Assembly: GCA_963809665.1 (NCBI GenBank)
Contig: CAWEKC010000005.1
Location: 11,878-75,877, forward strand
Length of the DNA: 64,000 bases
Direction: 5' to 3'
Source: Candidatus Gottesmanbacteria bacterium
Lineage (GTDB): Bacteria; Patescibacteriota; Microgenomatia; UBA10105; UBA927
Part shown: positions 37,534 to 47,811 of the stretch, piece after piece
Layout: each line of letters opens with the position of its first letter
How positions within the stretch are numbered: position 1 is the first letter of the stretch
The notes under the pieces: model-generated
What the model saw: only the letters and a program-made list of their open reading frames with translations
The model's database searches: none
What the model was told of the DNA's origin: nothing
Made by a program: the position numbers and the translations under genes

Positions 37534-39072
37534 CTATTTTGTACCGCTCTTGGCCCGTTGAAAAATAATGTACGTCTCTCCAAGCCCATATCGCTTATAA
37601 GGTAAAGCGGTACCCATATCGTATTGATCCACTTTTTGGTTTAACGGGGCTTTCCCTGTTTTCTCTTCTTCCGCCCGCTGCTTCAGTATTTGCTGATAAT
37701 GAGCGACAATATCAGTGGTAGCGCCTGTTACTTTACGTACAATTTCTGCAGCCTGATCATAGGTGATACAACCGTCAGCAGTTATCCAATACGGAGGGTC
37801 TGTTTCCTCATTCGGTTCAGGATGCCACTCCGCTTGATCCCTCTCATATATAGCTGATACCTGTTGAAATTCGCTGTCTGTGGAAACCGGTAATTTATAA
37901 TCTGCAGGATTAGAATCGTCAAAGTAAACGTCACCCGTATACCTTTTATGTGTTAAAACCCCGACCGGTATATAGTCTTTCCGGCGGATGGCTGAATTAT
38001 CTAACGCCTGAATAACATATCCCCCGTCGGCGACGGAAGACAGAAGAACATTCTTATCCTGATTAAGGAACAATATATCGATTTTTTCCTCCGGCTTAAA
38101 TCTTATGGGATTTTGGTGATATGTCATGAATCCTATATTAGCAAGCGTATATGCGAGTTGCCTCGACCGCGTAACATACCGGACGTTCGGAAATATCGAC
38201 GAAAGGCTCATATCCGCATCTCCCCGACTATCCGTAACAGGCTGTACTACGATATTTGCCTTCGGATGTAACGTATCCTTAAATGCTCCCAACAGATTTA
38301 CTGTTGATTTGTTCATACGCATTCCGGGATAATCAGGGTCTCCTATTCTGTGTTCCCACTGATCGGAATCCGGATACCATGACGCCCGTTTCCATGTCTG
38401 AAGTGTTTGAAATTGTAATAGACGGGGCTTAAGGATAGTCACGCTCATTTTATTCAGTAATCGATATGCTTTGTTTAACTCCTCGTCGCTTGGAGTAGCA
38501 ATAGGGTCTATGTTCTCCCCCTTCAATAAGAACTTAATTGCTTCAATTTCTTCATTATGTTCTTTTACCCCTTTATTATCGTAAAAACGAAGTTGATACT
38601 TTGCATGTATGAGTAAAAATGCGTCCCTGGTTGAATATCCAACGGCTTCACGCAGCTGGTCTACACACTTTTTGTACGTAACGGAAAAATCGGGGTCTAG
38701 TTGAGTAAGTTGAATGAGATTGTACCAAACATCAGCCAGTTCGGATAATACGTTAGGCACATTTCGTTCCCTCTCAAAATGATCGCTAATTGCTGATGCT
38801 GCCTCGAAAATTTCGGGCGCCTTCACATGATTTGCTTTTTTTGTATAAATAGTAATACCGGTACATGTCTCTGCCTTGGTTATATCCACTTCCTCCGTCC
38901 CCACCAGAAAAAGCAGTTTTGCATCCGGTGATAAGACCCATCCGTTTCTATAATGCAGCTCTTCACGACGCAAATAGTTCCGTGCGACGGTACGATACAT
39001 CAGACGTTCCCACCAAGAATCCACACCCTGTTTTTCCGGGTAATCGTAATAGCGCTCAGCCTCCATTCTCAT
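37534..39072 (-). CDS. hypothetical protein (512 aa); N-terminal region weakly MazG/all-alpha NTP-pyrophosphohydrolase-like
   Basis: Long ORF with good coding appearance. The ERERNVPNVLSELADVWYNLIQL segment resembles the MazG EExxE/ADxxxxL helix, but the assignment is uncertain. No other family recognised. Confidence 0.45.
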   Translation of the reverse strand: MRMEAERYYDYPEKQGVDSWWERLMYRTVARNYLRREELHYRNGWVLSPDAKLLFLVGTEEVDITKAETCTGITIYTKKANHVKAPEIFEAASAISDHFERERNVPNVLSELADVWYNLIQLTQLDPDFSVTYKKCVDQLREAVGYSTRDAFLLIHAKYQLRFYDNKGVKEHNEEIEAIKFLLKGENIDPIATPSDEELNKAYRLLNKMSVTILKPRLLQFQTLQTWKRASWYPDSDQWEHRIGDPDYPGMRMNKSTVNLLGAFKDTLHPKANIVVQPVTDSRGDADMSLSSIFPNVRYVTRSRQLAYTLANIGFMTYHQNPIRFKPEEKIDILFLNQDKNVLLSSVADGGYVIQALDNSAIRRKDYIPVGVLTHKRYTGDVYFDDSNPADYKLPVSTDSEFQQVSAIYERDQAEWHPEPNEETDPPYWITADGCITYDQAAEIVRKVTGATTDIVAHYQQILKQRAEEEKTGKAPLNQKVDQYDMGTALPYKRYGLGETYIIFQRAKSGTK

Positions 39073-39125
39073 AGAATGAGAGGATTATAGGGTGTCAGGA
39101 CAGGAAGATCAACTAATAGACGGCC

Positions 39126-40406
39126 TTATCTGTTTATTGCCTTGAGGATCCGCGTGAGGGCGAGGTAGAAAGCTGCGGTGCGCAGGTCCGTTTTGAACTT
39201 TTTGGAGGCCAGCCAGACATTCGTGGCCTGCGTCTGCATTTTTGCTTTCAGCTTCCGGTTGACCGCCTCTTTGGTCCAATGCTGGCCTTTGAGATTCTGT
39301 TCCCATTCAAAACAGGAGACCGAGACACCACCGGAGTTAGATAACACATCGGGGATAACCGGTATGCCGCGCGTATGTAAAATGGCATCCGCCTCGGGAG
39401 CCGTCGGGCCGTTGGCCATCTCCAGGACCACTTTTGCTTTAATCTTCGATGCGTTTTCACGCGTTAATACGTTTTCCAATGCAGACGGTACTAAAATGTC
39501 GACCGGCAATTCCAACAGTTCGGCGTTGGTTATCATCCTCCCTTTCTTCAGATCGCAGACGGAACCCGAACAATAACAGCCCGCTAGGTACCCGTTTTTC
39601 TTTTTACAGTCCAGCGTCAGCTCCGGGTTTATCCCTTCCGGAACAAAAATGCCGCCCTTGCTGTCCGACACCCCAACCACCTTGATCCCTGCATCAACGA
39701 GGAACTTCGTAACGTTGTAACCGACATTCCCGAATCCCTGAACTGCGGCAGTCAGTTTTCCCGCCAGTTTATGATGCCTAAGGATTGTTTGCAATACGTA
39801 CAGTCCGCCCAAACCCGTCGCCTCTGCCCTCCCTTCCGAGCCGCCGTCTTTGATAAGTTTTCCGGTAAATGTTGCGCGAAGATAATTCTTCTCTTTTTGT
39901 GTTTTTGCGTGACGCACCTTGATGAGTTCATCCGTCATCCACCCCATGATCATGCCGTTGGTGTTCACGTCCGGCGCCGGTACATCCGCTGCCGGCCCGA
40001 TATTATCGGCAATGGCGCGTACATAGGCGCGCGATAACCGTTCCAATTCACCCTCCGAAAGTGTTTTGGGGTCCACAATAATACCGCCTTTTCCCCCGCC
40101 CAACGGGAGATCGGCAACAGCGCATTTTATAGCCATCCAAAATGATAATGCTTTTACCTCATCCAGGTTAACGTCACGGTGATACCGGATGCCCCCTTTG
40201 TACGGCCCGAGCGCGTTATTGAACTGCGACCGGTATCCCTGAAAAATCCGCAGAGATCCGTTGTCCATCGTTACGGGTATCGCGACATTAAGAATCCGCT
40301 GCGGTTGGGAAAGAAGGGTCAGAAGAAGTGTTGACTCTTTTTTAGGGAATAATGTTGCTGCTTTTTTCAGCTGTTGCATCGCGCTTTCAAACGGGTTGAT
40401 GTTCAT
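39126..40406 (-). CDS. gdhA: NAD(P)-specific glutamate dehydrogenase
   Basis: Glu/Leu/Phe/Val dehydrogenase motifs (GPYKGGIRYH; DLPLGGGKGG catalytic Lys region) and a C-terminal Rossmann GFGNVG. Confidence 0.9.
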   Translation of the reverse strand: MNINPFESAMQQLKKAATLFPKKESTLLLTLLSQPQRILNVAIPVTMDNGSLRIFQGYRSQFNNALGPYKGGIRYHRDVNLDEVKALSFWMAIKCAVADLPLGGGKGGIIVDPKTLSEGELERLSRAYVRAIADNIGPAADVPAPDVNTNGMIMGWMTDELIKVRHAKTQKEKNYLRATFTGKLIKDGGSEGRAEATGLGGLYVLQTILRHHKLAGKLTAAVQGFGNVGYNVTKFLVDAGIKVVGVSDSKGGIFVPEGINPELTLDCKKKNGYLAGCYCSGSVCDLKKGRMITNAELLELPVDILVPSALENVLTRENASKIKAKVVLEMANGPTAPEADAILHTRGIPVIPDVLSNSGGVSVSCFEWEQNLKGQHWTKEAVNRKLKAKMQTQATNVWLASKKFKTDLRTAAFYLALTRILKAINR

Positions 40407-40407
40407 A

Positions 40408-41127
40408 TTAATAAAATAATTCAGATTTCACCTGGTTGTCCTGGACGCCGGCGGCTTTCAATTTCGCACGAATATCCGCCACCATCGCTTTATTGCCACA
40501 CACATAGTACTCTGCGTCCTTGAGATTTTGCTGAGAAAATAGGTAATCCTGTACATGTCCTCCGCGCCAGCCGGCGGACTGACCTGTCGTATGGGGCTGC
40601 GAAAGAATAAGCATATAATGAAAATTCGGATATTGATTCTGTAGCTGCTCAAATTCTTTTTGCCAAAAAATATCCTCCTCATGGCGGAGCCCCCAATAGA
40701 GCATGACGTCCGCTGCACCCCCGGAAGCTAAATAATCCCTCGCTATCACGTAAAACGGCGTCATACCGGTACCGGTGGCAACTAATACTTTATTCCGCGG
40801 GCTTTTCCGATCGAGGATAAACGCACCCAGTGGCCCCATAAACTCCATTTCGTCCCCGACCTTGGCCGAAATCGCCCACTTCGAATACGGTCCCATGGGC
40901 GACACGTCATGGAAAAATGTTATTGAGTTCTTTTCCGAAGGAGGAGACGCAATGGACATGGTGCGGTTGATGCCGGGCGCCACATACAACATCACTGTTT
41001 GACCCGCGATAAAGGTAATTTCTTTAGGCTCAATGAGTTCGAACCGTTCAAGATACACCTTGCTTGAAATTTTATCGATCGCCGCGAGCCGGGCTTTAAA
41101 TCTTTGAGGGGTGGTAAGTGTCATCAT
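40408..41127 (-). CDS. FAD/NAD(P)-binding oxidoreductase, ferredoxin-NADP+ reductase-like
   Basis: FNR-like beta-barrel FAD domain (RxYS-type MSIASPP) plus NAD(P)-binding motif LVATGTGMTP. Four-nt overlap with trxB. Confidence 0.65.
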   Translation of the reverse strand: MMTLTTPQRFKARLAAIDKISSKVYLERFELIEPKEITFIAGQTVMLYVAPGINRTMSIASPPSEKNSITFFHDVSPMGPYSKWAISAKVGDEMEFMGPLGAFILDRKSPRNKVLVATGTGMTPFYVIARDYLASGGAADVMLYWGLRHEEDIFWQKEFEQLQNQYPNFHYMLILSQPHTTGQSAGWRGGHVQDYLFSQQNLKDAEYYVCGNKAMVADIRAKLKAAGVQDNQVKSELFY

Positions 41128-42068
41128 ATGGAGGTGGCTTCAAGATATCTCTGCACATCAAGAGCAGCCATACAGCCCATACCAGCAGCTACAACGGCCT
41201 GGCGGTATTGGAAATCCACACAATCGCCTGCGGCAAATATCCCGGGGACATTCGTTCCGGTATGGTAATCGCCGGGTTTGCGAAGACCATGGACAGACAC
41301 ATATCCTTTCGGATCGTGTTCCAGCAATTCACCTAAGAATCCTGTGTTTGGCTTATGTCCGATTGCCAAAAACACTCCCTGAGTCGGATATACCTCGACC
41401 GTACCGGTCGAGGTATCTTTCATACGCACGCCCGTCACTGCAGTATCGCCTAAAATTTCTTCGATGATTTTATTCGTGAGCATGGTGATCTTGGGATTCT
41501 TTTTGGCACGCGCCAGCATTATTGGGCTTGCCCGGAACGCTTCCCTTCTATGAATAATCGTTACTTTTGTTGCGAATGTCGTTAAGAAATTTCCATCTTC
41601 CATCGCCGTATCCCCGCCGCCTATAACGACCACTTCTTTGCCTTTGAAGAAAAATCCGTCACACGTGGCACATGCGGATACACCGTGACCGGTTAGTTTT
41701 TTTTCTGACGGCAGCCCTAAATACATCGCAGAGGCGCCGGCGGCTACAATGACCGCCCGTGCCTCATATTGCTTTCCGCCTGCGGTAATAACGAATGTAT
41801 TCCCTTTTTGTGCTTTTGACACGTTTGATACTTCGGATACCTCTATCTCCGTCCCGAACCGGCTAACCTGCGCCTTCATGTCGAGCATCAGCTGCGGTCC
41901 CGTTATCCCTTTCGGAAACCCGGGGAAATTTTCGATTTCCGTCGTTGTGGTAAGCTGCCCGCCCTCCTCCAAACCCGTAAAAATCTTCGTTTTCAGGAAT
42001 GCACGTGAGGTATAGAGGGCTGCGGTGTATCCGGCAGGACCGCTGCCGATAATGATGACGTCGTACAT
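41124..42068 (-). CDS. trxB: thioredoxin-disulfide reductase
   Basis: GSGPAGYTAA FAD motif, redox-active CATCDG, second Rossmann VVVIGGGDTA. Confidence 0.9.
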   Translation of the reverse strand: MYDVIIIGSGPAGYTAALYTSRAFLKTKIFTGLEEGGQLTTTTEIENFPGFPKGITGPQLMLDMKAQVSRFGTEIEVSEVSNVSKAQKGNTFVITAGGKQYEARAVIVAAGASAMYLGLPSEKKLTGHGVSACATCDGFFFKGKEVVVIGGGDTAMEDGNFLTTFATKVTIIHRREAFRASPIMLARAKKNPKITMLTNKIIEEILGDTAVTGVRMKDTSTGTVEVYPTQGVFLAIGHKPNTGFLGELLEHDPKGYVSVHGLRKPGDYHTGTNVPGIFAAGDCVDFQYRQAVVAAGMGCMAALDVQRYLEATSI

Positions 42069-42072
42069 ACCT

Positions 42073-42396
42073 TTAATGTATTAATTTATTCAATTCGCCC
42101 ATCAACGTTTCTTTCGATTGTACCCCGATAAACTGCTTTACGACCGTGCCGCCTTTGAAAATCATCAGGGTCGGTATGCTCATAATCCCGAATTTCTGCG
42201 AGACTTCTGGGTTTTCATCAACATTGAGCTTCCCGACTTTCGCTTTGCCGTCCAAAGCTTTGGCAACATCCTCCACGATGGGTCCCTGTATTTGGCACGG
42301 ACCGCACCACACTGCCCAAAAATCCACTAATACCGGCTTGTCATGCTTAATGACTTCCGCATCAAAATTTTTATCGGTAATCGTAACATCTGCCAT
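42073..42396 (-). CDS. trxA: thioredoxin
   Basis: 107 aa with the WCGPC active site. Confidence 0.9.
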   Translation of the reverse strand: MADVTITDKNFDAEVIKHDKPVLVDFWAVWCGPCQIQGPIVEDVAKALDGKAKVGKLNVDENPEVSQKFGIMSIPTLMIFKGGTVVKQFIGVQSKETLMGELNKLIH

Positions 42397-42459
42397 ATAT
42401 CTGCCTCCTTAAGGCTCTTAAGTGTACCACTGTTAATTTTATTGTACAATAAGTTTCTT

Positions 42460-42885
42460 ATGCGTATATTTTTTGCCGGCCCGCTAACGGATCTTAAGAA
42501 CCCTGTAAAAACAAAAGCATTCTATCGCCGCCTGGCTGACGTGGCCAAAGCAAACGGCCATGACTACTTTTGGGCATTTTTAAACGGCAATGACCCGATA
42601 CTCAATCCCGACGTGTTACCTACGGATATCTACCAATCGGACATAGCGCAACTATCCAAAAGCGATGTCATGGTCGCCTACATGGGCGAGCCCTCAATCG
42701 GAACCGGTATCGAAATTGAATATGCCAACGCACACACTATCCCCGTCTATATCCTCTATGAAAAGGGAAAACGCGTCTCACGAATGCTTCGCGGCTGTCC
42801 GGCAGTCAAAAAGGAAATCGTTTTCACATCCCCCGAAGACGCACTCAAACAATTTGATACCCTGCTTTCGCAACTACGTCCGTGA
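42460..42885 (+). CDS. nucleoside 2-deoxyribosyltransferase-like protein
   Basis: MRIFFAGPL...YMGEPSIGTGIEIEYA, pattern of the Nuc_deoxyrib_tr fold. Start at the internal ATG 42460; the long N-terminal extension of the track ORF is implausible. Confidence 0.55.
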   Translation: MRIFFAGPLTDLKNPVKTKAFYRRLADVAKANGHDYFWAFLNGNDPILNPDVLPTDIYQSDIAQLSKSDVMVAYMGEPSIGTGIEIEYANAHTIPVYILYEKGKRVSRMLRGCPAVKKEIVFTSPEDALKQFDTLLSQLRP

Positions 42886-43045
42886 TCTTTTTTTCTCCCG
42901 TCGTTTTCTCGTTAAATTCGACAGAAAGCGTTTGTGAAGCATAGTTGCATACTGCCCTAACCCCGGCATCCTCGAGGTCGCTTTCGATGAGAAGCGCACA
43001 GCTTGTGCAGTGCATCCCTTTCACTTTGAATGTTTTAGTCGTCAT
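42845..43045 (-). CDS. copZ: heavy-metal-associated (HMA) copper chaperone CopZ-like
   Basis: MTTKTFKVKGMHCTSCALLIE, the GMxCxxC metal-binding motif. 66 aa. Start 3 nt after the upstream stop. Confidence 0.7.
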   Translation of the reverse strand: MTTKTFKVKGMHCTSCALLIESDLEDAGVRAVCNYASQTLSVEFNEKTTGEKKITDVVAKAGYQIV

Positions 43046-43047
43046 AG

Positions 43048-44067
43048 TCAGTCCACCACGGTAAATGCGCCGGTATACATGCCCATACTGCATGAATATG
43101 CAAGCCGTCCGGCTTTTTGCGGCGTAAATTCTATCGTCTCATTGCCCGTCACAGGCAGAACTTTGGAAATATTGAGGTCCGGTATGGTGAAGGCTCTCGC
43201 ACACCCCTGTGTGTTATTCGTCGAAAGGGTGAGCTTCACGGGCGAACCGCGTTTTAACGTATCTGCGTTTGCAGAATACCCGCGGCTGGTTACCGTAATC
43301 GTAACGTCCTGTACCCCGCCTGTAACCGCTGCCGCATTTCCCGCGGCAATCTGGCCGGCGGGTGTGGTTGCCGCACGCCAATAATTCTGCAGCGTATACG
43401 GCGATCCGTTGAGTCCCAATCCCCCGTTAATCGACAAAACGGCAAATACCGCGATAATCCCTGCGGCTGCATAGGAAAATGCTTTCTTTTGTAAAAGCTG
43501 GACAACGGTCGCGCCCAATACAAAAAATACCGGACTTGTTCCCAAAATGAAGGCAAACATGATGGCCGCGCCGCTAAACGGGTTGCCGCTGGCTACCGCA
43601 ACCGCCATGGTTGCCTGTGTAACCCCGCAGGGCAACAGAATGGTCAGGAACCCCAGCAGTGCCGGCGCAAAGAGAGATTGGCTCCGGCTCGTGTTTTTCA
43701 TCAGCCGGAATGCCCACCGCGGCGGCTGGATCACAAAATACCGGAAGACGGGATGGGCGTCGATCATGCGAAGCGCCGTTGCGATCATAAAGATTCCCGC
43801 CGCAATTTGCACCCATCCTAATACTTTCGGGGTCAGGGTCAATGTTGATCCGATAAACCCGAGCAAAAATCCCAGGAAGGTATAGGCTACGAGTTTGGCA
43901 ATGACAAACATGCCAACCTGCAGCCACCGGTTGGCGGGTACGGCCTGCGGATCCGGTGATTCGCCCGGTTTGCTCATGGCTGTTGCCAGAAGCCCCCCTT
44001 GCACAGCCAGACATGAAATGCCGCCTGTTGTGAGCCCTGTTATAAACGCAAGCCACAAAATATTCAT
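43048..44067 (-). CDS. DsbD_2/HupE-UreJ-like metal transporter membrane domain fused to C-terminal cupredoxin-like domain
   Basis: Conserved paired cysteines in TM segments (GGISCLAVQGG; LLPCGVTQ). The C-terminal ~100 aa form a cupredoxin-like beta-sandwich (YSCSMGMYTGAF). Confidence 0.5.
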   Translation of the reverse strand: MNILWLAFITGLTTGGISCLAVQGGLLATAMSKPGESPDPQAVPANRWLQVGMFVIAKLVAYTFLGFLLGFIGSTLTLTPKVLGWVQIAAGIFMIATALRMIDAHPVFRYFVIQPPRWAFRLMKNTSRSQSLFAPALLGFLTILLPCGVTQATMAVAVASGNPFSGAAIMFAFILGTSPVFFVLGATVVQLLQKKAFSYAAAGIIAVFAVLSINGGLGLNGSPYTLQNYWRAATTPAGQIAAGNAAAVTGGVQDVTITVTSRGYSANADTLKRGSPVKLTLSTNNTQGCARAFTIPDLNISKVLPVTGNETIEFTPQKAGRLAYSCSMGMYTGAFTVVD

Positions 44068-44104
44068 ATTATTGACAATAAAGGAATTTTACCGTAAAGT
44101 CATT

Positions 44105-44124
44105 ATATCCCCCATGGGGGGATA
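44105..44124. promoter_or_regulatory. probable CsoR operator (GC-tract inverted repeat) in the divergent promoter region
   Basis: ATATCCCCCATGGGGGGATA, a near-perfect inverted repeat of C5/G5-6 tracts. Lies ~20 nt upstream of the csoR RBS AAGGAGG (44131-44137). Resembles known CsoR operators (TACCC...GGGTA type). Confidence 0.45.
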
Positions 44125-44142
44125 AAAGTCAAGGAGGCAATT

Positions 44143-44421
44143 ATGCCGAAAGGAATACCGAGAGATCAATCCGTCCAGCAAAAAATTCTACACCGCTTTA
44201 AAATTGCACGCGGCCAGCTGAATAGTGTTATTGCGATGGTCGAAAAAGGTCATTACTGTATCGATATTATTCATCAGTCTATTGCCGTGCAGGCGGCCCT
44301 CCGACAAGCCGATGAGGCAATTCTCAAGAATCACATGCAGACATGTGTGGCGGAGGAAGTGAAAAAAGGCAATACCAAAGAAGTGATAGACGAAATCATG
44401 AAAGTAATGGAGAAAAAATAA
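44143..44421 (+). CDS. csoR: CsoR/RcnR family metal-sensing transcriptional repressor
   Basis: 92 aa with the HYCIDIIHQ C-H-C metal-ligand motif of DUF156. Confidence 0.8.
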   Translation: MPKGIPRDQSVQQKILHRFKIARGQLNSVIAMVEKGHYCIDIIHQSIAVQAALRQADEAILKNHMQTCVAEEVKKGNTKEVIDEIMKVMEKK

Positions 44422-44422
44422 T

Positions 44423-44776
44423 ATGGAAAAATTTGTTGTTACCATCGGGGGACTTGGCCTTATTGCCGGTATTTATTGGTTCTTCTTCGGCAAAAAAGAA
44501 TATGCAGTGTCTGTCGATAAATCGGTCACGATCACGGTAGACGGCGGATATAAGCCACGGTCCATACATATCAGTCTGAAGAAAAAAACGATTCTCGTGT
44601 TTATCCGCAAAGACCCGAACACGTGTCTTGAGGAATTGGTAATCCCGGATTTAAAGATAAAAAAATACTTACCCATGCATACGCCGGTCACCGTTACGAT
44701 CTCCCCTACCAAACCCGGCACCTATGATTTCCACTGCGGGATGAATATGTTTCATGGCTCGATACACGTCACATAG
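44423..44776 (+). CDS. small cupredoxin-like copper-binding protein
   Basis: TM anchor plus beta-sandwich with FHCGMNMFHG ligand-like motif. Lies between csoR and copA. Confidence 0.5.
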   Translation: MEKFVVTIGGLGLIAGIYWFFFGKKEYAVSVDKSVTITVDGGYKPRSIHISLKKKTILVFIRKDPNTCLEELVIPDLKIKKYLPMHTPVTVTISPTKPGTYDFHCGMNMFHGSIHVT

Positions 44777-44780
44777 GTAT

Positions 44781-47010
44781 ATGAAGACAACATTTCCCAT
44801 CGTCGGTATGCACTGCGCCAGCTGCGCAAATCTGATTGAAAAAAAATTAAAAAAAACACCCGGTGTATCGTCTGCTGATGTTAATTACGGCAGCGAACAG
44901 GCGATGGTCGAGCATGACAACACGGTTACTCCTTCCGTATTATCCGGAGCGGTTTCTGACATCGGCTACAAAGCGGTGTTTGCCGAGACTTCGGAAGCGG
45001 CTGTTGATACAAAAAGTGCGGACGAATTAAAAGAACAGGCAAAAAAGAACGAACTTCAGATACTACGCCGTAAAGTGACCGTGTCAGCCGTCCTCACAAT
45101 TCTTATTCTCATAGGAAGCATTCCGCATATGATCCCCGGCTTCCGGATGTTTGTAGAACTCCCCGCGTGGACTACTGCTTCTTTTAACTCTGCCGGTACA
45201 ATTTTGGGCCGGACGTGATTTTTATCTGGCGACCTGGTCGGGCCTGAAAAACCGGACGGCAAGTATGGACACCCTTATCACCATCGGTACAACCGCTGCA
45301 TTCGGCTACTCACTGGCAATAACCCTGTTCCTCCCGCAAATGATCGCATGGGGATTCCCGCAAACGCTCTATTTTGATGTCGCGACGGTCGTTATCACCC
45401 TCATTTTACTGGGCAGATTCCTTGAAGCCAAAGCCAAAGCGCATACAGGTGATGCGATAAAAAAACTCCTGCATCTTGCGGCAAAAACCGCAAGAGTTGT
45501 CAGAAACGGATCGGAAGCAGATATTCCAATAGATGACGTTGTTGCAGGTGACGTAATCCGCGTACGGCCGGGTGAAAAAATTCCTGTGGACGGTAAAATT
45601 ACCCAAGGGTTTTCCAGTGTTGATGAGTCGATGATCACCGGCGAATCCATACCGGTTGAAAAAAAGACGGGAGATGCAGTGATCGGTGCGACGATCAATA
45701 AAACCGGAACGTTTCTTTTCATCGCGACGAAAGTCGGGAACCAAACCATGCTTTCCCAAATTATCCGGATGGTCGCAGAGGCCCAAAGCTCCCGCGCACC
45801 AATTGCAAGGCTCGCCGATACCGTCTCTTCGTATTTCGTTCCCATCGTCCTCATGCTGGCGGCCGCAACGTTTATTGTGTGGTTTGATACCGGCACGTTT
45901 ATCCAGGCGTTTACCAATATGATTGCCGTCCTTATTATTGCCTGCCCGTGCGCAATGGGTTTGGCGACCCCAACGGCAATTATGGTCGGCACGGGACGCG
46001 GAGCGGAACTCGGGATCCTAATTAAAAATGCGGAAAGCCTGGAAATTGCAAACAAAATAAATGTTGCAGTATTTGATAAAACAGGCACGCTGACGACAGG
46101 AAAACCGGTCGTAACGGATATTGTCGCTCTCGATGGAAATGAACATAGTCTCGTTACCATCGCGGCGTCTCTTGAGCAGGGATCGGAACATGCACTCGCT
46201 GACGCCATTGTCCAAAAAGCGAAATCAGACGGAGGAAAACTCATTGAGGTCACTAAATTTGCCGCAATTCCGGGCCATGGTATATCAGGGATAGTGAATA
46301 AACAGCGGATGTATTTTGGCAACAGATTGCTCATGAACAAAGAAAAAATTCCGTTAACGATGGAAGAAAAAAGCATAGAAACACTGGAACACCAGGGTAA
46401 AACTGTTATGCTTCTGGCCGGCAAAACACTGCTGGGTGCCATAGCAGTTGCCGATACGCTGAAACCGGAGTCTAAAGAGACAGTTAGCTCTCTTGAGCGT
46501 ATGGGTGTTGCCGTATGGATGGTCACGGGAGATAACGCGCGGACAGCGGGAGCCATTGCCAAACAGGCAGGCATTTCGCGGGTTGCTGCGGGTGTCTTAC
46601 CGCACGAAAAAGCAGATAAAATCCGGAGTCTGAAAGAAAATAATCAGGTGGTCGCTTTTGTCGGCGACGGCATCAACGACGCGCCCGCCCTTGCTGCCGC
46701 GGATGTCGGAATCGCCATGGGAACCGGAACAGATGTAGCGATAGAGTCTGCCGGAATTACATTATTGAACAAGAATCTTACTAGTGTAATTTCTGCGATC
46801 AAATTATCACGGGCGACCCTTTCCATCATCAAACAAAACCTCTTTTGGGCATTCGGCTACAATGTTATTCTTATTCCTGTCGCAATGGGAGTCCTCTACC
46901 CTATTGCCGGGATATTTTTAAACCCCGCACTTGCCGCATTTGCCATGGCGGCAAGCAGCGTATCGGTTGTTACCAATTCGCTGCGCCTGAAAAATGCACG
47001 GATTACTTGA
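44781..47010 (+). CDS. copA: copper-translocating P1B-type ATPase CopA, frameshifted in this assembly near 45160-45190
   Basis: N-terminal HMA domain (GMHCASCA). After FRMFVELP the frame is lost and the next frame carries [22 protein letters not shown]...MDTLI..., then [24 protein letters not shown]. The track splits the gene into 44754..45218 and 45265..47010. Start ATG 44781. Confidence 0.85.
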
Positions 47011-47410
47011 CAGTGAGCGTCCCGACCATTCCTTTATCTTTGTGCGTCGGCACGCTGCAGAAATACGTAAACGTTCCAGCCTGGTCGGCCGTAAATGTCA
47101 CGGTGTCAGATTCCCCAGGGGAAAGTGTTTTACTTTTCACGTTTAGCTCCGCAATGGTGAAATTGTGAGGGAATGCACCGCCATTGGTAAACGTTACGTT
47201 CACCGTATCACCTTTGTTTACGCTCAGGGTATTAGGTGAAAATGCAAATTCACTCCCCGAAACTGTAAAGTTTTTCACCGCCCCGGTTGACGACGAAGTC
47301 GGTAGTGCCGTCACTTGAGCCGAACTATACGCGCCTCCGCCTTTCATAAGAAAATATCCCACTGCACCCAAAACAATAACGATAACAGCTATCATAAGTA
47401 CTTTATTCAT
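47003..47410 (-). CDS. membrane-anchored type-1 copper cupredoxin (plastocyanin/azurin-like)
   Basis: FPHNFTI...[21 protein letters not shown], the His/Cys/His/Met type-1 Cu ligand pattern. N-terminal TM anchor. Confidence 0.75.
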   Translation of the reverse strand: MNKVLMIAVIVIVLGAVGYFLMKGGGAYSSAQVTALPTSSSTGAVKNFTVSGSEFAFSPNTLSVNKGDTVNVTFTNGGAFPHNFTIAELNVKSKTLSPGESDTVTFTADQAGTFTYFCSVPTHKDKGMVGTLTVK

Positions 47411-47502
47411 ATATTAACCTCCTTTCCTACTCTAGGTATAAAGTAATCTCCTGGTATAAGTCTGTAATCCTGGTTACATACCGCTACGCGTATAATAGAA
47501 AT

Positions 47503-47811
47503 ATGACCCCATTGGCAATAAAAACATACAAGCTTCTTAAAATCGTCCCCGCAGGCCGCGTGACGACATACAAGGCCGTAGCTGACGCACTGGGAACCCG
47601 CGCATACCGCGCGATCGGACAATTCATGAAACATAATCCCTACGCCCCCGTAGTCCCCTGCCACCGTGTCGTGGCTTCGGACGGTACAATCGGTGGGTTT
47701 AACGGAGGAATTGCTAAAAAGATACGGATGCTTCGAAAAGAAGGGGTCAAAATCACGGGGAACAGGATTATCGATTTCCCCGCCGTACTATTTCTTTTTC
47801 CAGCCTCCTGA
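47503..47811 (+). CDS. methylated-DNA-[protein]-cysteine S-methyltransferase (MGMT) DNA-binding domain protein
   Basis: YKAIGQFMKHNPYAPVVPCHRVV contains the PCHR active-site motif. Confidence 0.7.
   Translation: MTPLAIKTYKLLKIVPAGRVTTYKAVADALGTRAYRAIGQFMKHNPYAPVVPCHRVVASDGTIGGFNGGIAKKIRMLRKEGVKITGNRIIDFPAVLFLFPAS

Noticed and set aside
45369-46574. 401-aa antisense ORF inside copA and similar long antisense ORFs (28352..28978-, 28168..28617-, 19655..20134-)
   Set aside because: They fall opposite strongly conserved sense-strand genes (P-type ATPase, cohesin protein, oxidoreductase) and have Ser/Arg/Pro-rich composition typical of GC-skewed antisense frames.
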